Under the pieces are notes generated by a model. That model did not search any database, was not told where the DNA came from, and saw nothing but the letters and a program-made list of their open reading frames with translations. DNA of 64,000 nt, from contig JAVBLN010000045.1 of assembly GCA_031553495.1 (NCBI GenBank), positions 10,174-74,173 on the forward strand, given 5' to 3'. Below, in pieces: positions 60,816-64,000 of the stretch (its first letter is position 1; each line of letters starts with the position of its first letter). The position numbers were made by a program, and so were the translations under genes. This DNA is from Flavihumibacter sp. Lineage in GTDB: Bacteria; Bacteroidota; Bacteroidia; Chitinophagales; Chitinophagaceae.

Positions 60816-61490
60816 TTAAAAAACTATTTCCTTTAGTGATGGCAAAATAAAATCCGCCGCTTTAAGAATATTTGCATCACCAATACCTATAACATACATT
60901 CCTCCATTTTTCGCGGCTTCCACTCCGGCTTCAGCATCTTCAAACACCATACACGAAGCCGGTGAAACCCGCAACAATCCCGCTGCTTTCAAAAACACTT
61001 GCGGATCAGGTTTAGAGGCCGTTACCAAATTACCATCAACAATCGCATCAAAAAAATCAAGCACACCCGTTTTCTCCACAATGAGCCTGGCATTTTTACT
61101 GGCAGATCCTAAAGCAATTTTATAATTGTTGGCTTGCAGATATGTCAACAATTCCAATGCACCAGGCAACAAATTTTCTTTTGTCATCTTGTTGATCATT
61201 TCCAAATAGTCATCGTTCTTTTTTGCAGCAAGTGTTAATATCTCATCTTCTGATTTTGTAACATTTCCCCAACCTAAGATCAGCTTTAGCGAATCGATAC
61301 GACTAACTCCCTTTAGCTTTTCATTTTGTGAAACAGAAAAATCAAATCCCAATTCATTTGCCATTTTTCGCCAGGCCATGTAATGATATTCAGCAGTATT
61401 CACTAATACTCCATCTAAATCAAAAATGCATGCATGAATATTTAATAATTTGAAATTTGAAACTCGAAATTGCCCGACAGAATTGTTCAT
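60816..61490 (-). CDS. pgmB: Beta-phosphoglucomutase
   Basis: 224-aa HAD ORF. FDLDGVLVNT (DxDG), LKGVSR, GSASKN and FEDAEAGVEAAKNGGM. Confidence 0.85.
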   Translation of the reverse strand: MNNSVGQFRVSNFKLLNIHACIFDLDGVLVNTAEYHYMAWRKMANELGFDFSVSQNEKLKGVSRIDSLKLILGWGNVTKSEDEILTLAAKKNDDYLEMINKMTKENLLPGALELLTYLQANNYKIALGSASKNARLIVEKTGVLDFFDAIVDGNLVTASKPDPQVFLKAAGLLRVSPASCMVFEDAEAGVEAAKNGGMYVIGIGDANILKAADFILPSLKEIVF

Positions 61491-61544
61491 ATCTATCTAT
61501 ACATTTTTAAATTGAAGCAATATAACATAATAATATACACGAAA

Positions 61545-63404
61545 TTATTTCAACTCCAGCACCCATGCGGTTTTGGCCGGCATTGTAATATTTCCTGTAA
61601 CATCAACCACTGCATTCGTAATAATATTTTGTCCTTTTGTAAAGCTTTTAATACGTTCATCAAAGCGTTTGGCCGTCAGGGTCGTCTCCTTATCATTGCT
61701 ATTCACAATTATCATTACAGTTTCACTCTCATTATACCGGAAGCTTACATACACACCATTTTCCGGAACGTATTGCATAAGTTTTCCTGTTTGCAGCGCT
61801 TCGCTTTGTTTCCTATAATTTGCCAGTTTTCTAAAGTAATTAAAAGCATCGTTTTCTTTTGCGGTCCTTCCGCTTGCATCAAATTTGTTTACTTTATCTT
61901 CTGCCCATCCGCCTTTGAAATCTTCGCGCACTTTGCCATCAGGATCAGAAAAATTCTTCATTAAAATTTCGGTGCCATAATATATTTGCGGTATACCGCG
62001 GGTAGTGAGCAATAACGCCAGCCCGCTTTTGTATTTATCAATATCTTCCTGCACCATCGAGTAATAGCGGTTCATGTCGTGGTTATCCATAAACACAACA
62101 TTCCTGGAAGGATCTTTATACACAATATCCTGCGAAAGCACATCATAAAATCTTGCCACGCCATCCATCCAGCCAAACTTTCCGTTCAGCGATTCATAAA
62201 TAGCATTCTTTACCTGCACATCCGTTACACCGGGAAGCCTGGTATCGAAGCCTTGCTTAAACACATCCCCTTCGCAATAAAAGGCCTGGCTAACAACAGA
62301 ATTTACAAGTGTTTCACCAAAAATGGAGAAGTTTGGATATTCATACTTTACGGCGGTCATCCAATTAGCCATAAATTTTAAATCGTTATAAGGATATGTA
62401 TCAATTCTAAAACCATCTACACCGGCATATTCAATCCACCAGATATAATTCTGTGTAAGATACTTTTCAACCAGCGGATTGCTTTGATTCACATCGGGCA
62501 TGGTAGGTACAAACCAGCCATCAACCTGTAATTTCCAATCCATAACGGCCCTGTAAGGATCCATTGCCGGTTGATCTTTGTAAGTAGTTTGCGTATACCG
62601 CGGCCATTGATGTACCCAGTTTTTCATAGGAAGATCACGCATAAACCAATGCTCGCTGCCCCAATGGTTGGGAACCACATCTTTTATAACTTTCAAACCC
62701 TTTTCATGGCACTTTGCTACATAAGTTTTATACAATTCATTGGTCCCGTAACGCGGATCAATTTTGTAAAAATCAGTAGCGGCATAACCGTGATAAGAAG
62801 CCTGCTTCATATCATTTTCCACTTCGGGAGTCATCCATATAGCAGTAACGCCAAGATCTTTTAAATAATCCAAATGATTAATCACTCCTTGTATATCGCC
62901 ACCGTGCCTGTAATACATGGAATCGCGGTTAACCGTTGTTTCGCGCATGCCGGTAACTATATCGTTGGATCTATCCCCGTTTGAAAAACGATCAGGCATT
63001 ATAAGATAGATCAGATCTTTGCTGGTAACTCCTTGTGCTTTTACCCGTGCATGTTCCCGTGCTTTTAACTCATAGTTGTAAACAAGAGCTTTATCTTTTT
63101 TTGCAGCAGGCAGAAAAGTAATGGCAAAAGTTCCGGGTTGTGTGGTAGCGTCAATCTTTAAATCGAGAAACAAATAATTAGGATTCTCCGTTTTACATAC
63201 CTTTTCAAGTATAACACCGGGATAATTTAATTGCACATTTCGCTCTGCAATTTTATCGCCATATACCAGCAATTGCAAATTCGGGTCCTTCATACCCACC
63301 CACCAGTTAAGCGGCTCCACGCGGTCTAAAGAAGATTTCGGTTGTGCCATTACGTTAGTAATGGTAAAAAGGCAAAGCGAAAACGCTAAAATCAAGGCTT
63401 TCAT
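61545..63404 (-). CDS. GH13 neopullulanase/cyclomaltodextrinase-like enzyme (SusA-like) with N-terminal Cyc-maltodext_N-type domain
   Basis: 619-aa ORF with a signal peptide. RVEPLNWWVGM N-domain. GH13 regions KDVVPNHWG, GFRIDTYPY, IFGETL and FMDNHDMNR. Confidence 0.85.
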   Translation of the reverse strand: MKALILAFSLCLFTITNVMAQPKSSLDRVEPLNWWVGMKDPNLQLLVYGDKIAERNVQLNYPGVILEKVCKTENPNYLFLDLKIDATTQPGTFAITFLPAAKKDKALVYNYELKAREHARVKAQGVTSKDLIYLIMPDRFSNGDRSNDIVTGMRETTVNRDSMYYRHGGDIQGVINHLDYLKDLGVTAIWMTPEVENDMKQASYHGYAATDFYKIDPRYGTNELYKTYVAKCHEKGLKVIKDVVPNHWGSEHWFMRDLPMKNWVHQWPRYTQTTYKDQPAMDPYRAVMDWKLQVDGWFVPTMPDVNQSNPLVEKYLTQNYIWWIEYAGVDGFRIDTYPYNDLKFMANWMTAVKYEYPNFSIFGETLVNSVVSQAFYCEGDVFKQGFDTRLPGVTDVQVKNAIYESLNGKFGWMDGVARFYDVLSQDIVYKDPSRNVVFMDNHDMNRYYSMVQEDIDKYKSGLALLLTTRGIPQIYYGTEILMKNFSDPDGKVREDFKGGWAEDKVNKFDASGRTAKENDAFNYFRKLANYRKQSEALQTGKLMQYVPENGVYVSFRYNESETVMIIVNSNDKETTLTAKRFDERIKSFTKGQNIITNAVVDVTGNITMPAKTAWVLELK

Positions 63405-63551
63405 ATAATGAGTGGTTTATTATTTTTATACGGGAGCAGGCAATACTGATCATTCATAATGTTAATTCCCCCTTCAACATCTTCACAGTATTACCTGCAT
63501 TTCATTTGATCGTAGGTACATAGTGTTTGCAATAATTATTTCTGTTACACG

Positions 63552-63627
63552 TTGCCGAATAGTATTACTACCGTACAAGTGAGTGACACAACGATGCTTA
63601 ATAGTAGCAATACCGCCGGTTCCATAA
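63552..63627 (-). repeat. Repeat core unit, R orientation, canonical V1
   Basis: ttgccgaatagtattactaccgtacaagtgagtgacacaacgatgcttaatagtagcaataccgccggttccataac. Confidence 0.95.
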
Positions 63628-63670
63628 CATACTCCTTCATTGGTTTACTGCCGGAAATATCTCAGCCATT

Positions 63671-64000
63671 TCAATTCAACACATTGCTGCTGAACACATG
63701 AAATTCACCAGGAGCAAGTGTGGCATTGTAGTTTCCGGTTATAGAAATAGTAGTATTATTATTTAACGCATCGTACCATGTGCCAACCGATGGAAACGCA
63801 ATATTCGCGGTTTGATTGACTACATCGAAATTGCCCACCACCACTACATTTGCGGATCCACTCATTAGCTTGATCCATTTAATTGTTCCGCCTAAATCAT
63901 ATTGGAAATTTGTGGTTGCAAACACCGCATTGTTTTTCTTCAACGCAATCATTTTTGCAAATACATTATATAATGCCGCTCGATTAGGCTCTGTTCTGTA
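63671..64000 (-). CDS. C-terminal fragment of a further GH13 alpha-amylase-family protein (N-terminus beyond window end)
   Basis: The frame is open to nt 64000. Manual translation upstream of the track ORF gives ...YRTEPNRAALYNVFAKMIALKKNNAVFATTNFQY..., typical of the amylase C-terminal beta-sandwich. Stop at 63671. Confidence 0.6.
   Translation of the reverse strand, partial: YRTEPNRAALYNVFAKMIALKKNNAVFATTNFQYDLGGTIKWIKLMSGSANVVVVGNFDVVNQTANIAFPSVGTWYDALNNNTTISITGNYNATLAPGEFHVFSSNVLN

Noticed and set aside
61470-61964. 164-aa plus-strand ORF spanning the pgmB/GH13 junction.
   Set aside because: It runs antisense to two well-supported minus-strand genes, has no motifs, and its composition is typical of antisense frames in AT-rich DNA.
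4657-63627. The many copies of one repeat, considered as a CRISPR array or its remnants.
   Set aside because: Copies are dispersed one or two per intergenic gap over 59 kb. They occur in both orientations, are 75-85 nt long, and are separated by genes. A CRISPR array would show regularly spaced direct repeats of 25-40 nt with unique 30-40-nt spacers. No cas genes are present.

Overview
AT-rich Bacteroidota-type chromosomal window. Supporting markers are a T9SS C-terminal sorting domain, CarboxypepD_reg-type TonB receptors, a SusA-like GH13 and DUF3078; the exact taxon cannot be proven from sequence alone. I support 43 CDSs and found no rRNA, tRNA or CRISPR array.

There are three gene blocks:
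(i) 1-14971: a unidirectional minus-strand sulfur-assimilation/cysteine supercluster, in the order rrf2, cysJ, cysI, cobA::hemD, cysE, cysK, cysH, cysD, TonB-dependent receptor, sirC::TSUP fusion. No cysN or cysC is visible.
(ii) 15.6-50 kb: housekeeping and envelope genes (fhs, deoC, treY, mscS, gatB, rbfA, frr, mscL, scpA, a fadB-like gene, ABC systems). A RES/Xre toxin-antitoxin pair sits between rbfA and a lolE-like gene, and there is an orphan leaderless metzincin.
(iii) 50-64 kb: a maltodextrin/starch cluster with an MFS transporter, four GH13 genes (one T9SS-secreted), a GH65 maltose phosphorylase and pgmB.

The most unusual content is non-coding. About 29 copies of a 75-85-nt repeat unit (13 in one orientation, 16 in the other) occupy 21 of the 25 intergenic gaps longer than about 180 bp. 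Each unit has a bulged hairpin that keeps its shape through compensatory base changes, followed by a conserved tail containing a covarying 7-nt palindrome (GTGTCAC / GCGTCGC / GCGACGC). Units occur singly or as inverted doublets (MITE/REPIN-like). They are embedded in a mosaic of short-period modules (AATCATTGA, CTCATAACTCA, TTGAAAGT, CATTTTCA, CACAAGGG) that build nested long hairpins. I cannot assign this family to any named RNA or repeat class. It also creates several ORF-track artefacts.
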